IMG/VR virus record: IMGVR_UViG_3300026488_000013
Location: 103,051-167,050 of that record
From: a virus
DNA length: 64,000 nucleotides
Reading direction: 5' to 3' (one strand)
A model generated the notes under the pieces. The model was given only the letters and a program-made list of their open reading frames with translations. It did not search any database and was not told where the DNA came from. This document shows positions 1-10,592 of the stretch, in pieces; position 1 is the first letter of the stretch, and each line of letters begins with the position of its first letter. Position numbers and translations under genes: made by a program.

Positions 1-213
1 TATTAAAGAAATATTCAATCCATCGATTAATCCATTTTTTTTACCAAGCAACTTTGCATTAAAATCATTCAAATAGTCAGAGAAAAATACCTGTTTATTA
101 GTGCTTGTAGTAATAGAAATAGAATAAGGGTCAAAATATCTTTCTTGAATTTTGGACAATTTACTTTTTATCGTCGTAATATCGTCGCTTAAATAATCTA
201 TAACAACAGTCAT
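1..213 (-). CDS. Hypothetical protein, 5' part only (runs off the window)
   Basis: ATG at 213-211, 3 nt after the stop of 217..723; open frame MTVVIDYLSDDITTIKSK... to the window edge. Confidence 0.6.
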   Translation of the reverse strand, partial: MTVVIDYLSDDITTIKSKLSKIQERYFDPYSISITTSTNKQVFFSDYLNDFNAKLLGKKNGLIDGLNISLI

Positions 214-216
214 ACT

Positions 217-723
217 TTATAATCGTCCTTTAATATTTTTATAAATATATTCTGTTAAAGGTTTTAAAATAGAAATAAGAAATTGGTAATATTCTTTGAC
301 TGCTTCAAGAGAAAAATTTTTAGCAACTTTTAAGAAATCGTCTGTTAAACTATTTATTATCGTTAATGTTTCCAAAATATCTTTATTCCGTTCGTTTTTT
401 ATTAATTCGGGCATACGAATTATAGTGTCAATTTTATTATTAATCCTTTCAATCTTATCTATATAAAAATATTTTTCTTCAATGTTTAAAAAATGCTCTA
501 ATTCTGTAGGAATAGATACATTGACACTTTGGTTATGTGCTGCAGTTTGAAGTAATTGGTTTATATCTTGTTGATTAGATAGTTGGGGTGATTCTTCTTG
601 TTTATTCTGCGACGGGTTGAAGTTTGGATTATTTTGTTGTTGAGGCAATTGTTCATTTTCTTCAATAAAATGTTTATTATATTTGAATTTGTAATATTCA
701 ATTAACAAAGGATTACTTCTCAA
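217..723 (-). CDS. Hypothetical protein directly downstream of portal
   Basis: 168-aa ORF abutting the portal stop; Q/N-rich linker. Confidence 0.6.
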   Translation of the reverse strand: MRSNPLLIEYYKFKYNKHFIEENEQLPQQQNNPNFNPSQNKQEESPQLSNQQDINQLLQTAAHNQSVNVSIPTELEHFLNIEEKYFYIDKIERINNKIDTIIRMPELIKNERNKDILETLTIINSLTDDFLKVAKNFSLEAVKEYYQFLISILKPLTEYIYKNIKGRL

Positions 724-3420
724 TTAAAATCCTCCCGATAACCCACCGCCACCAGATTGTTCTTGCTGTTGTTTATTAATGTTTAACAATTTGTCAAACT
801 CCGCTTCTTTAGGATTATCTGATTTGAGTAATTCATCCCATTTAACAGATGGAACTAATTCCTTTAATAGCTTTACTATATCTAAAGTATTGGCTAAATT
901 GGGAATTTGGGTTAAAGTAGATATTATTGCTCCGGCAGTTCCTACTATATTTTGAAGCTGTAGAAGATTTAGAATTATGGGCCTAATCATTCTAACTTTT
1001 ACAAAATTATACGTAGGAATATAGGTGGTTTTAGGTTCTATTGTTTCAAATATGATTTTATCAAATAATTTATTTATTGAAAGCTCAATATTTTTTTGAA
1101 TATCGGTTATCATTTCAGACCATTGTATGTTTGCATCTACTATTTTCTCTCTAATCTCAGCTCCATCCATAAATCCGAGTCGCATCGATGGAATATTTGA
1201 TAACATTGCAATATCTTGCTTAAAATCTTGAATATCCTGAACTCTTACATTGGGGTCTCCTAATCTTTCCATTGTTTGTGATAATATAGGTTGACCATCC
1301 TTCAACACTTCAAACATAAATTTAAAATCGGTCAAATATCTGTTTATTTTTTCTAATCTGCCTAAATCATCTATCGTTAGCGATGCGCCACGGAGTTTAG
1401 ACGCAATTTGCCTCACTTCACTTTCCCAGTTTTGCAATGCACCCGCATTTATTTGATACTTTGTATATAAAGGTGTTCTAGTTAATCTATACATTATATT
1501 TGAATAAACACTAACTAAATACAAAGTTGAATGGAGAGCCACCGGAGACAAAATTGATTCACCGTAAGGATATTCATCCATATACAAATAAAAATGAATT
1601 AACTCATTCGGTAATAAGATTCTAAACCTTATTTTAGATAATTTTTGCTCAAAAATAACATCCTGCAAAACATTGAAAAACTGATATTTAAACTTTTCAT
1701 CAATGTTTATCAATTCAAATATCTTGTTTAAAATTTTTTTATATCTCTCATAATATTCAATTTCTGGAGTGGTTAACCCATTTAGGTCATTTAAAGATTT
1801 TTCTATTTTTTCAATATATTTATTTAACACAGAATTCAGATTTTTATAAAAATAATCTAACAACTTTGAATACATTTTCTTAGAAACTTTTTCAAAATCC
1901 AAATGCAGCGTGTTTATTTTGTCAAATATTTTTCCTAATTTTTCAATTATGGAATCGGTAGCCGAAATAGATTCATAGTCGTTGTTATCCGAATCAGTTT
2001 TATAATACGGATTTATTACCAAGTATCCGTATATTTTATATCCATCACTTATAGGGATAACATATTCAGGGTCATATATTTTAAGTTCAATTTTTTGCGA
2101 CAACTCTTTATGGCTAAATAATCGTAAATAATTTAAATAAGATTCGATTTGGTCTTCTATGGTTTTTCTATTTCTATTATTCTTCTTTTCTCTGCCCGCT
2201 CCCTCAATCAGCAATGCTTCAAAATTGTTATTTATTTCTTTACCCACCGATTCAATATTTTCCAATTCTTGCACCACAGTTTCATATTTTTGTTCATAAT
2301 CGTCATAATATTCATCAATTTGTGTCTCATTCATATATGATGAATTATTTAAGATGGGATTTGATATTTCCAATTCGAGCAATTCTTTTGAAACTAAATT
2401 GAGGGTCTCTTCCAGTAAATTGTCAAATAATTGATATTTGTTTATTTCGTTTCTTTTATATTTTGTAATAAGGGCGGTAATTTTATTTACCGAATAACTT
2501 GTTTCATTAATCAGTTCATTATTAACAGAGTTTATTACTTCAGATTCAAAAACTAGTTCCGGTGATATTAACTTTCGAGCGGAATTACTATGTGATGTAG
2601 AGTAAGAAAATACATTTTTTATAGTAGCGAAGTTGTCTAACAAAAATTTCTTTTTATTAATAACTTCAATATATACGTCACCTTTGACTGCGGCTTTTGG
2701 GATAATTTTATTTCTAAGCAGATTATATATATCTAAATGCTTCTCAATAATTTTATATATCCTTTTAATTTCATCAACTATTTCTTTATAGTATATATCG
2801 TTAATATATTTTTTAATCTCAATATTCTCTTTATAATGAAATATTTCTCCGGAAACAGGGTCTTCTTGGAGGATTGACCTTACATACTCTTTAACTATGC
2901 GGCGTGCGATTGGGAAAGATTTATAAAGATTATGCATAGATTTATATACCGTAGCTTTGTTAGCATAGTATGGTATAATCGATTCGAAAGATTGAGCTAG
3001 ATTATTAAGAATTTTTTTCTTTCCAATATCTGATGAAATAGAATTCAAATCTCTTATATCATAAACATCCTTAAATAATTCTATAAATACCCTTTGTAGC
3101 GGATTATTTTTCAATTCATGATACAAATATTCATCTGAAATGGTCTTCTTTCCGAACAAAAATAATTCTTCTCCAATATCATTTTTTTTACCTTTTTCAG
3201 CATGTTCCTTTAATGTTGTAATAAATTCTATAAGTGCTGGCAATATATTCGTTTCGTCGGTATCTTTATGAGAATTATTTAAGTTTTCCTGGGAAAACTT
3301 GGACACAGAATTTAACTTTTCTTCTAGTTCATTAATTTTATTTATCAGTTCATTTTCTTCTTTGTTCGAAGAAAAAATAGATAAAAATCTTTGTATTAAA
3401 CCTTTATTACTATCGCTCAT
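724..3420 (-). CDS. Portal protein (large, jumbo-phage type)
   Basis: 898 aa; GDVYIEV, YPYGESILSP, MYRLTRTP..YQINAG (cf. T4 gp20 YRITRAPERRVFYID), IPSMRLG; GGTGAGG SD. Confidence 0.75.
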   Translation of the reverse strand: MSDSNKGLIQRFLSIFSSNKEENELINKINELEEKLNSVSKFSQENLNNSHKDTDETNILPALIEFITTLKEHAEKGKKNDIGEELFLFGKKTISDEYLYHELKNNPLQRVFIELFKDVYDIRDLNSISSDIGKKKILNNLAQSFESIIPYYANKATVYKSMHNLYKSFPIARRIVKEYVRSILQEDPVSGEIFHYKENIEIKKYINDIYYKEIVDEIKRIYKIIEKHLDIYNLLRNKIIPKAAVKGDVYIEVINKKKFLLDNFATIKNVFSYSTSHSNSARKLISPELVFESEVINSVNNELINETSYSVNKITALITKYKRNEINKYQLFDNLLEETLNLVSKELLELEISNPILNNSSYMNETQIDEYYDDYEQKYETVVQELENIESVGKEINNNFEALLIEGAGREKKNNRNRKTIEDQIESYLNYLRLFSHKELSQKIELKIYDPEYVIPISDGYKIYGYLVINPYYKTDSDNNDYESISATDSIIEKLGKIFDKINTLHLDFEKVSKKMYSKLLDYFYKNLNSVLNKYIEKIEKSLNDLNGLTTPEIEYYERYKKILNKIFELINIDEKFKYQFFNVLQDVIFEQKLSKIRFRILLPNELIHFYLYMDEYPYGESILSPVALHSTLYLVSVYSNIMYRLTRTPLYTKYQINAGALQNWESEVRQIASKLRGASLTIDDLGRLEKINRYLTDFKFMFEVLKDGQPILSQTMERLGDPNVRVQDIQDFKQDIAMLSNIPSMRLGFMDGAEIREKIVDANIQWSEMITDIQKNIELSINKLFDKIIFETIEPKTTYIPTYNFVKVRMIRPIILNLLQLQNIVGTAGAIISTLTQIPNLANTLDIVKLLKELVPSVKWDELLKSDNPKEAEFDKLLNINKQQQEQSGGGGLSGGF

Positions 3421-3457
3421 TATTGCCTCACCTATCTTCTAATTGGTATTGAAAAAA

Positions 3458-3814
3458 TTAAAATTGGGCCAGATTGCACTCGATGAAATCTTTTAAAGTA
3501 TTTAAAGAAACTATTTTTAACCTACTATTGAGAAAATCTGAAGTAAAATAGATTATTGATGGAACAGAATTTATTAGCAAAAGAAAATGATAAAAATTTT
3601 TGTTGCCATATATATCAAATGCGGTTTTAAATGGATTTTGTTCCCACTCTGGTTTAAACTCCACTTCCACAGTATTGTTTAAAAAATAGTCTATATTTTG
3701 AATAAATAAATTTGAATAAGGATATTGAGAAAACTGATTATGAATAAATGAAATAATATCCGAAGACTGTATGCTCTCCTTAAATTCGTCCAAAGGATTT
3801 ATATATTGCTGCAT
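3458..3814 (-). CDS. Baseplate wedge gp53/LysM-like protein
   Basis: EQNPFKTAFDIYGNKNFYHFLLLIN matches the P..IA...YG....W.IL..N pattern. Confidence 0.55.
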   Translation of the reverse strand: MQQYINPLDEFKESIQSSDIISFIHNQFSQYPYSNLFIQNIDYFLNNTVEVEFKPEWEQNPFKTAFDIYGNKNFYHFLLLINSVPSIIYFTSDFLNSRLKIVSLNTLKDFIECNLAQF

Positions 3815-3848
3815 TGAAATAAAAATTTAAACCTTTATTATTCAGTAT

Positions 3849-6263
3849 CTATTGAAGATATTCTTTTACCTTCTGATATACAGTGAGACTTTCTATCATT
3901 TTATTAAGTTCCCTTAATTTTAATATAGAATCATTAATGTCTTCGTATATAAAGGGCAATTCATAAATATCATAAAACCTATTATTAAATTTGTTATACA
4001 AAATATAGGAACCGGCATATTGAACAATTATGTTAAAATGGACTGGGACTCCATCAATTATTATCCTTTTATGTTTAAAATCTATTTCAATTTTCTTAGC
4101 AATTTCGGGATTTGATTTTATCTTATCCAATAATGCGGCGGAATATGTATATTCATTTATTGGTTGCCCCGAATCCTTTATCTTTGTGAAACTAAATTGT
4201 GATAAAGAAATAACATTTTGGATTACATCTATATCGTCGGAATTTGAAAATATATGGTTTATATTTTTATTTTCCTGTTTTACAATCACATCATAATTTT
4301 TTTCACTACTATGCTCCATTTCTTCTGATGCGGCGGTGAATAAATCAAATTCATCATCACTATCGTTTAAATTTACAAAATTCTTATTTCTTATTTCTTG
4401 AATTTTCTTTTCAATTTTAGTCAATTTCCTTTGCAGGTTATCCAGATTAAAATTGGATAAATTCGATTCAACTATAATCTTATCAATAAGCTTACTTATT
4501 CTATCATTCGAAATGTAATTAGTGTTAAGACCGGTATCTAAAAGGAAATCGCTTATACTTTTAACATTTATTTTCCTATTCTTGCTTTTCTTTTTATTAT
4601 TTTGTTCTTCTTCATTTTGAAAATCGTTACTCTGCGAAAAAGCAGGCTCCGTTTTACGAATCATGAATATATAATCAGAATATTGAATTTTCTTATACGA
4701 ATCACCCATTATTTTATTGTTAAGCGGGGAACTATAATCTTCCCCAATTCTATTTAACTGTGTTGCAGTAAATACTGGTATCATATACATCTTAGCAAGA
4801 GAGCGTAAGTCATTTATTATTTGACCATGTTCCTTATACTCATCATCATAACCCTTGGTAGAAGTCATAAGGTTAAGATAATCTATTACAACCAATTTAA
4901 TATTTATTCCATATTCTGATTTAAGATGTTCGATATCCTGTATTAAATCCGTCACAGAATATTTATTCTGCTTGTCAGTCACATCTCTAATAATCAGGTT
5001 TACTTTATTTTTGGTTATTTTGTATATCGAATTCTTTTTAAGTGTTTTAAATATGTCAGATATTTCCTTCTTATGTTTTTGGGCTAATTCAGGGAAATAT
5101 TTGTTTACCATATTAGAGAGGGCCGCAATATTATCGTAAAATCGTTTGACATGTTCAAAATTATAGTTACCAAATATTGATATTATTCTTCTGGTTAATT
5201 TAAATTTGTTATCTTCCAGTGTTACAAACAATATACCGTCATTTTCTTCGAATGAACTCAAATTTGATTCAATAAATTTTTTCACAGCATTGATTAAAAA
5301 CATGGTTTTACCGTGTGAGGATGGCGCCGCCAGCAAATAAATAGAGCCCGTTTCAAAACCTCTTATAGGTATATCCCAAAACAACCATCCGGTTTCATAT
5401 AGTTTATAATTTTCAGAGACAAACTTAGTTATTTGCTCTAACGAATTAGTTTCTTCTTCTTTTTCCTCATTACCCATTAACAGGAATTTATCCGAAATAC
5501 TATTTTCATCAAAATTCCCCAGCTCTATTTGTGAAATAATATTTTGAATTTCAAACTTAAAATCGTTAATTTTCTTAAATATATCATTTAAAGATTTAAA
5601 ATTGCCATATTCAAAGTTTAAAACTGTCGATTCATATTTCATCAACAATTCCTTTATGTTTACCAAACTTTTCCAACCCTTCAATATGAGAGAAATCTCC
5701 GCCTCTTTTTCTTTTATATTTTCCAAATTTATAAATTCCGTAGGGTTTTTCAATATCCGGTTAATGTCTTCGGTAGAGAACCCGAAATACTTAAATAAAT
5801 ATTCTTCCGGAATTAAAATATTTTGGAAAATTAATGAAGGCAGTTCTGTTGAAACTATAACTTTGTTAGATTTAGAAACTGCGCCACGGTTTAAATATTG
5901 CTCATATACCCCTTTACGAATAGAAATAATTGAATAAAGATTTTTAAGTATAACTCCTTTTTCAACCAATTCATTTTTTAAAGATTTAAAATATTCATTA
6001 ACACTCAATATTGAAGTATCGTCCGGCACGAATTCTTCATTAAGAATTTTTCTTATTTTATTCTGTAGTTTCTTACTGTCCTTTATAGTTTCGTTGAAAA
6101 ACGAATTTATAATTTCCTCTATTACCAAAAGAGAAAAATTTAAAAATTTATCCTCTTCATATTTTAACACTGGATTTAAAACATAATATTCAAACATTTT
6201 TTTAAACACATTAGGTGCGAATAATTTTTCAACAACATGCTTAATCAAAGAGGCACCTTTCAT
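3849..6263 (-). CDS. DnaB-like (SF4) replicative helicase
   Basis: Walker A AAPSSHGKT, FVTLED, Walker B VVIDYLNLM, TATQLNR; long C-terminal extension. Confidence 0.85.
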   Translation of the reverse strand: MKGASLIKHVVEKLFAPNVFKKMFEYYVLNPVLKYEEDKFLNFSLLVIEEIINSFFNETIKDSKKLQNKIRKILNEEFVPDDTSILSVNEYFKSLKNELVEKGVILKNLYSIISIRKGVYEQYLNRGAVSKSNKVIVSTELPSLIFQNILIPEEYLFKYFGFSTEDINRILKNPTEFINLENIKEKEAEISLILKGWKSLVNIKELLMKYESTVLNFEYGNFKSLNDIFKKINDFKFEIQNIISQIELGNFDENSISDKFLLMGNEEKEEETNSLEQITKFVSENYKLYETGWLFWDIPIRGFETGSIYLLAAPSSHGKTMFLINAVKKFIESNLSSFEENDGILFVTLEDNKFKLTRRIISIFGNYNFEHVKRFYDNIAALSNMVNKYFPELAQKHKKEISDIFKTLKKNSIYKITKNKVNLIIRDVTDKQNKYSVTDLIQDIEHLKSEYGINIKLVVIDYLNLMTSTKGYDDEYKEHGQIINDLRSLAKMYMIPVFTATQLNRIGEDYSSPLNNKIMGDSYKKIQYSDYIFMIRKTEPAFSQSNDFQNEEEQNNKKKSKNRKINVKSISDFLLDTGLNTNYISNDRISKLIDKIIVESNLSNFNLDNLQRKLTKIEKKIQEIRNKNFVNLNDSDDEFDLFTAASEEMEHSSEKNYDVIVKQENKNINHIFSNSDDIDVIQNVISLSQFSFTKIKDSGQPINEYTYSAALLDKIKSNPEIAKKIEIDFKHKRIIIDGVPVHFNIIVQYAGSYILYNKFNNRFYDIYELPFIYEDINDSILKLRELNKMIESLTVYQKVKEYLQ

Positions 6264-6289
6264 TTAGAAACCCCCTACACCTGATTGAT

Positions 6290-7720
6290 TTAAAAACTTA
6301 GAGCCAAAGAAATTAAAACAGCATCGGGCGAGATATTTACCCCGACCATATTATTACTTATATCCGTATCGTTGTCGAACCTAGAAACATATTCAAAATA
6401 TTCACTCAATATTGAAAGGAACTTATCATATATAACATCACAATCATAGTTTACTATGTTAGATTTAATCTCTTCGTATTTAGTTAAAAGAATATACATA
6501 TCATCAAAAATATCGGATGAATACTTAACATTGCCGGTATTAGAAACAGTATTTAAAACCATCAAATTGGTAAAAGTCCTAGTAGATAAATTTATCATCC
6601 AACTTGAGAGATAATCGCAAAGAATTTCTTTATTCAGCAGTCCCAATTGTTTACCTATTCCAAAGTAATTTATTTGAATTTGGAATAATTCATTTACTAG
6701 GACTTTAAGGACAGAAACCGAAACATATGTTAATATTGCATCTATTTTTGCAATTATAGAATATATAAGATATGTTTGCAAATTATAGATGTATTTACTG
6801 ACAATATTCAAATTAGATTTTATTTTTGATTTTATTATTTCGTATAATTTATTAACCAACATATCCACAATATACATTTTTGAAGTGTCTATTTTTGCGG
6901 AGGCAGAATCATATTTAAACATCAACGGTATAAACAACGCTAAATCTTGCAAAAGAATATTCGGGTTTATGAAAATATAGTTAGATTTAACAAAATACTT
7001 ATCTATATTAATATATTCTTTTATCTGACCTACAATAATATCATTTATTTGGGAAGATAAATTATTAATATAACTTGTTTTATCCTTTTCCACAACAAAA
7101 CTTTCAAAATTATAGACATTATACAGCTTATTCAAAAATATAAAATCATAAGCGGAGTTCCCTACATTTTCAATTGTATTGTAATAGGTATAAAAATAAA
7201 AATCATAATAATGTGAATGTTCTCGAACAATAAAGTATTTTTTATATCTGCGACTTCCTGTTAAAAGATTATTACTATTAAGAATTGAATTATCGTAATC
7301 TGAACTTAGATAATTAAGAAATAAATCAACGTTATTAATTAATTTACCACCCTTAAACAAATAAAATTCATTAAATCTTTTTAATAAACTTTCTAAATAT
7401 CTATCTGAAATCAGCAAATCAAATATCAAATTTATATCGTTAGGATTTATATAAAGCAACTCACTATCAAATGCAGTTAGATTCAATATATTAGAACTTA
7501 TTTTTGGGTTATAATTAAAATAATATGCACGGCGGATTAATTCTAATATTGACAAATAATTAAAAAAGTTTCGGATTAAACATTTGGAACTATCTTTTAC
7601 ATTAGAAAATATTAAACTATATTTTGGGGAAAAGTCAGTTATTAATCCACATTTTCTTAAATTTTTAACAGTGTTATTTAAAGTAAAAAATTTTGGAATT
7701 GAATATACTGAATATTCCAT
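6290..7720 (-). CDS. Hypothetical protein
   Basis: 476-aa ORF, no motif recognised. Confidence 0.6.
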   Translation of the reverse strand: MEYSVYSIPKFFTLNNTVKNLRKCGLITDFSPKYSLIFSNVKDSSKCLIRNFFNYLSILELIRRAYYFNYNPKISSNILNLTAFDSELLYINPNDINLIFDLLISDRYLESLLKRFNEFYLFKGGKLINNVDLFLNYLSSDYDNSILNSNNLLTGSRRYKKYFIVREHSHYYDFYFYTYYNTIENVGNSAYDFIFLNKLYNVYNFESFVVEKDKTSYINNLSSQINDIIVGQIKEYINIDKYFVKSNYIFINPNILLQDLALFIPLMFKYDSASAKIDTSKMYIVDMLVNKLYEIIKSKIKSNLNIVSKYIYNLQTYLIYSIIAKIDAILTYVSVSVLKVLVNELFQIQINYFGIGKQLGLLNKEILCDYLSSWMINLSTRTFTNLMVLNTVSNTGNVKYSSDIFDDMYILLTKYEEIKSNIVNYDCDVIYDKFLSILSEYFEYVSRFDNDTDISNNMVGVNISPDAVLISLALSF

Positions 7721-7738
7721 TGTTTAAAAAAATTAATC

Positions 7739-8953
7739 TTATATTTTCTTTCTGGTAAATGAAAAATACGATTTTTTATGAATATGTTTATCGTGAGTTA
7801 ATTTTTCGGTTGAAATTGGATAAGCATCCTTATACGGGCGCAATGAATTTATTAATGATGCTAGAGTAGGCTGGTATGAAATTAATTTCTCATCTGTAGG
7901 TGTAAAGGAACTAGCATCTATAGGGTTTGTTAACACATTTTTTGTGTCCAGTGGTTCATCTTTTAAATTTGTATAATCTATCGAGAATTGCGAGTATAAA
8001 TCTACAATGCTAATAGTAAGTTCCAATTTGGTAGGTTGTTTATATGCATTATATACCGTGTTCTGACCACCTCGATTTATAGTGATTGATTGTATTGCTC
8101 CCATAACTATATCCTGCAACCCATATGCTTTAACCCTAACATATAGTGGTATTCCCACAAACCCATATATATTTAATGGGGAACCTAACAATAACAATGC
8201 AATAAGCGGTGCATACACCCATTGATAAAGTATTTCAGGATGTCCATATGGAGAAGATAAAGTAACATTAATGTTTAATGTTCTAGAATATTGAGTATCT
8301 GCCCAAACTTTTGGGAAATCTATTTTTAAACCTCTTGAACCAGCGCTGGCAATTTGAGATAGAAAACTAATAAAATCATTTCCTGTCATCTGTGAAACGG
8401 TTCTATCTATCTCATCAGGGGTAAGATACAATGATTTAGACACCATTTTAAATAATTCAGCTATTCCACCAGTTAATTGTTTTATCTTATTCCCAAAACT
8501 ATCTAGTAATTGTTTTATAGGAATTTCTTCGTAGTTCGATGTAATGCTTTCACTTAATTGTGTATTATCGGTAGCATACAGTCTGATAAAGCTAATGGTC
8601 TTATCATCGTCAATAATTTTAAACATTTTAAGCAATCTATTAAACTGTTTAACCCCCTCGGCATAATCTGGTTCGTATAAATATGTTAATGTATGTTCTA
8701 ATTCCTTTTTAGTATTTTCATCTGTATTTGAATTCCTAATTCTATCTACAATCTTTGACGACGGCTTAGGTATCATAGGAATAATATCTACAGGATGAAG
8801 ATTAGAGAAAATTAGGTTGGTATAATATCCTGTTCCGAAATAGCTTCTGTCTTCTATTAAATTTGACGCATCTATTTCCAAATAAGACATATATGTCCAA
8901 GGAAGACCTGTTTCTATAATGTATTTTCCCGGCCCTATTCTTGTTAAAATCAT
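7739..8953 (-). CDS. Probable baseplate/tail-tube-initiator-like structural protein
   Basis: FPKVWADTQYSR..VTLSSPYG and GAIQSITINRGG...PTKLELTISIVDLY resemble the tube-fold baseplate proteins of large myoviruses. Confidence 0.45.
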   Translation of the reverse strand: MILTRIGPGKYIIETGLPWTYMSYLEIDASNLIEDRSYFGTGYYTNLIFSNLHPVDIIPMIPKPSSKIVDRIRNSNTDENTKKELEHTLTYLYEPDYAEGVKQFNRLLKMFKIIDDDKTISFIRLYATDNTQLSESITSNYEEIPIKQLLDSFGNKIKQLTGGIAELFKMVSKSLYLTPDEIDRTVSQMTGNDFISFLSQIASAGSRGLKIDFPKVWADTQYSRTLNINVTLSSPYGHPEILYQWVYAPLIALLLLGSPLNIYGFVGIPLYVRVKAYGLQDIVMGAIQSITINRGGQNTVYNAYKQPTKLELTISIVDLYSQFSIDYTNLKDEPLDTKNVLTNPIDASSFTPTDEKLISYQPTLASLINSLRPYKDAYPISTEKLTHDKHIHKKSYFSFTRKKI

Positions 8954-8977
8954 TACTTTTCTTAAATCCCCTCTAAA

Positions 8978-10366
8978 TTAAGCAAAAGCCAACACCAAAT
9001 AATCTCTCCATTCATTTGGAATATCTATTCTATAACGGAGTGGCTTCATTTTCATAAAATCTTCATCGTCTAACCATAAATCATATGTCGCTTCTATTCC
9101 GTATTTTTCATTTATCACCAATAATTTTTGCGAGGGTCTTGTTAACCATCCTTTTGAATACGAATATTCATCTACACCTTTTAAAGTTCCATTCATAATT
9201 ATAAATCCTGTCCCATCATATAGCATAGCCGGAACATGGAAATGTCCTACAACATAATATGTCATTGGTATGTTCGGTTGTTTTACATTTGGAAAGAAAT
9301 TAATATTTTGCTTATTTCCAAAATCACGCCGCAATCCATAGAAAGGAATACCACTCCAAGATTTAATCTCGTCGCCATGAGAAAAACAAAATCTAAAACC
9401 TAATATATCTTTAAAAATAAATGGAGACTTGGTTATTTCCCATTTTATGTTTTCATATTTTTGAGTTAATAATGCAGCTATTTGATATGTGATATAATCA
9501 AAAGAATTAAATCTTTTCTTATATTCCTTCTTCTTTGTTATCCTTCCATGATTTCCTACCACTGTAAAAACATTTACCTCGTTAAACACTTTTGACAGTT
9601 CTATTAAAAGGGCCGCAATTAAATAAGCAGCCAAACCTATTTGCTCGGTAATCGTTAAATCAACATTTTTAATCAATTCATCATGTATTATTCCCGATAC
9701 CATATCCCCGCCCAACCAAACATTTATTTTTCTAATTCCATCATTACATTCATATAATTTTTTTATCTTTACAACTTTCTCAAATATTTTCTCAACTCTT
9801 CTTGTAGCAACATTTAAATCAAATTTATTAACATATCCTATTTCTTCAGGTTCTACTATTTCTAATATATGCCAATCAGATAAAAGCAATAAAAATTCCC
9901 TCTTCAATTTATTTTTATCTTCAAAATTTATTTTTTCTCTGTCAGAATAATTTATTTCAAATTTTATTTCATTTAAACTATATTTTAAAAATTCGATTAA
10001 AATTTCGTCAATTAATTTTTTATCATTTTTGTTTTTCTCATCGATTAATTTATTATAAATTTCTTTTTTTAAATTTTTTACATTTTCATTTTTCAATAAA
10101 AATTTTAAAAACTCCTCAAAACATTTTTCGTTCAACAAAATTTGTTTCAAAATTTTATTTAATTTTCTGGCTTTATATTCTCTGATTAAATAATTACTCT
10201 GAATTCTTTTTCTACCAGGAATTAATTTTTCAATTATCTCTTTTGAATAATTTTTTGTTTTAATTTTATTTATTATTTCTAAAATAATTTCTTCCAATAA
10301 ATTAATCATTTCATCATTAATTTTTAAATTGTAATTTTTTAAACATTTTAAAATTATTTCTTTCAT
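8978..10366 (-). CDS. Calcineurin-like metallophosphoesterase
   Basis: SDWH, GGDMVSG, GNHGR, SHGD and GHFH motifs. Confidence 0.85.
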   Translation of the reverse strand: MKEIILKCLKNYNLKINDEMINLLEEIILEIINKIKTKNYSKEIIEKLIPGRKRIQSNYLIREYKARKLNKILKQILLNEKCFEEFLKFLLKNENVKNLKKEIYNKLIDEKNKNDKKLIDEILIEFLKYSLNEIKFEINYSDREKINFEDKNKLKREFLLLLSDWHILEIVEPEEIGYVNKFDLNVATRRVEKIFEKVVKIKKLYECNDGIRKINVWLGGDMVSGIIHDELIKNVDLTITEQIGLAAYLIAALLIELSKVFNEVNVFTVVGNHGRITKKKEYKKRFNSFDYITYQIAALLTQKYENIKWEITKSPFIFKDILGFRFCFSHGDEIKSWSGIPFYGLRRDFGNKQNINFFPNVKQPNIPMTYYVVGHFHVPAMLYDGTGFIIMNGTLKGVDEYSYSKGWLTRPSQKLLVINEKYGIEATYDLWLDDEDFMKMKPLRYRIDIPNEWRDYLVLAFA

Positions 10367-10420
10367 TAGACTTTTAAAACTAATGGATTTTTCGTTTTAA
10401 TTTTTTAAAAAAGAAAAAAA

Positions 10421-10548
10421 TATAATTCTCACATAATTCTTAAATAAATGTTCTTTCAGAAATTAATTTGTTCCATAAATGTATATCATATATAATAGGT
10501 ATATCTTTTATTTATATATTTATCCAATAGATGTATAATTTTATTTGT
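10421..10548. repeat. Long (~128 bp) dispersed intergenic repeat, copy 1
   Basis: Near-identical to 18387..18515 and 42880..43007 (CATAATTCTTAAATAA...TCTTTCA...ATTTGTTCCATAAATG...TATCCAATAGATGTATAATTTTATTTG). Confidence 0.9.
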
Positions 10549-10592
10549 GTGAATAATAAAATAAAATTGGTAAGGGAAATACTACAATTCGA

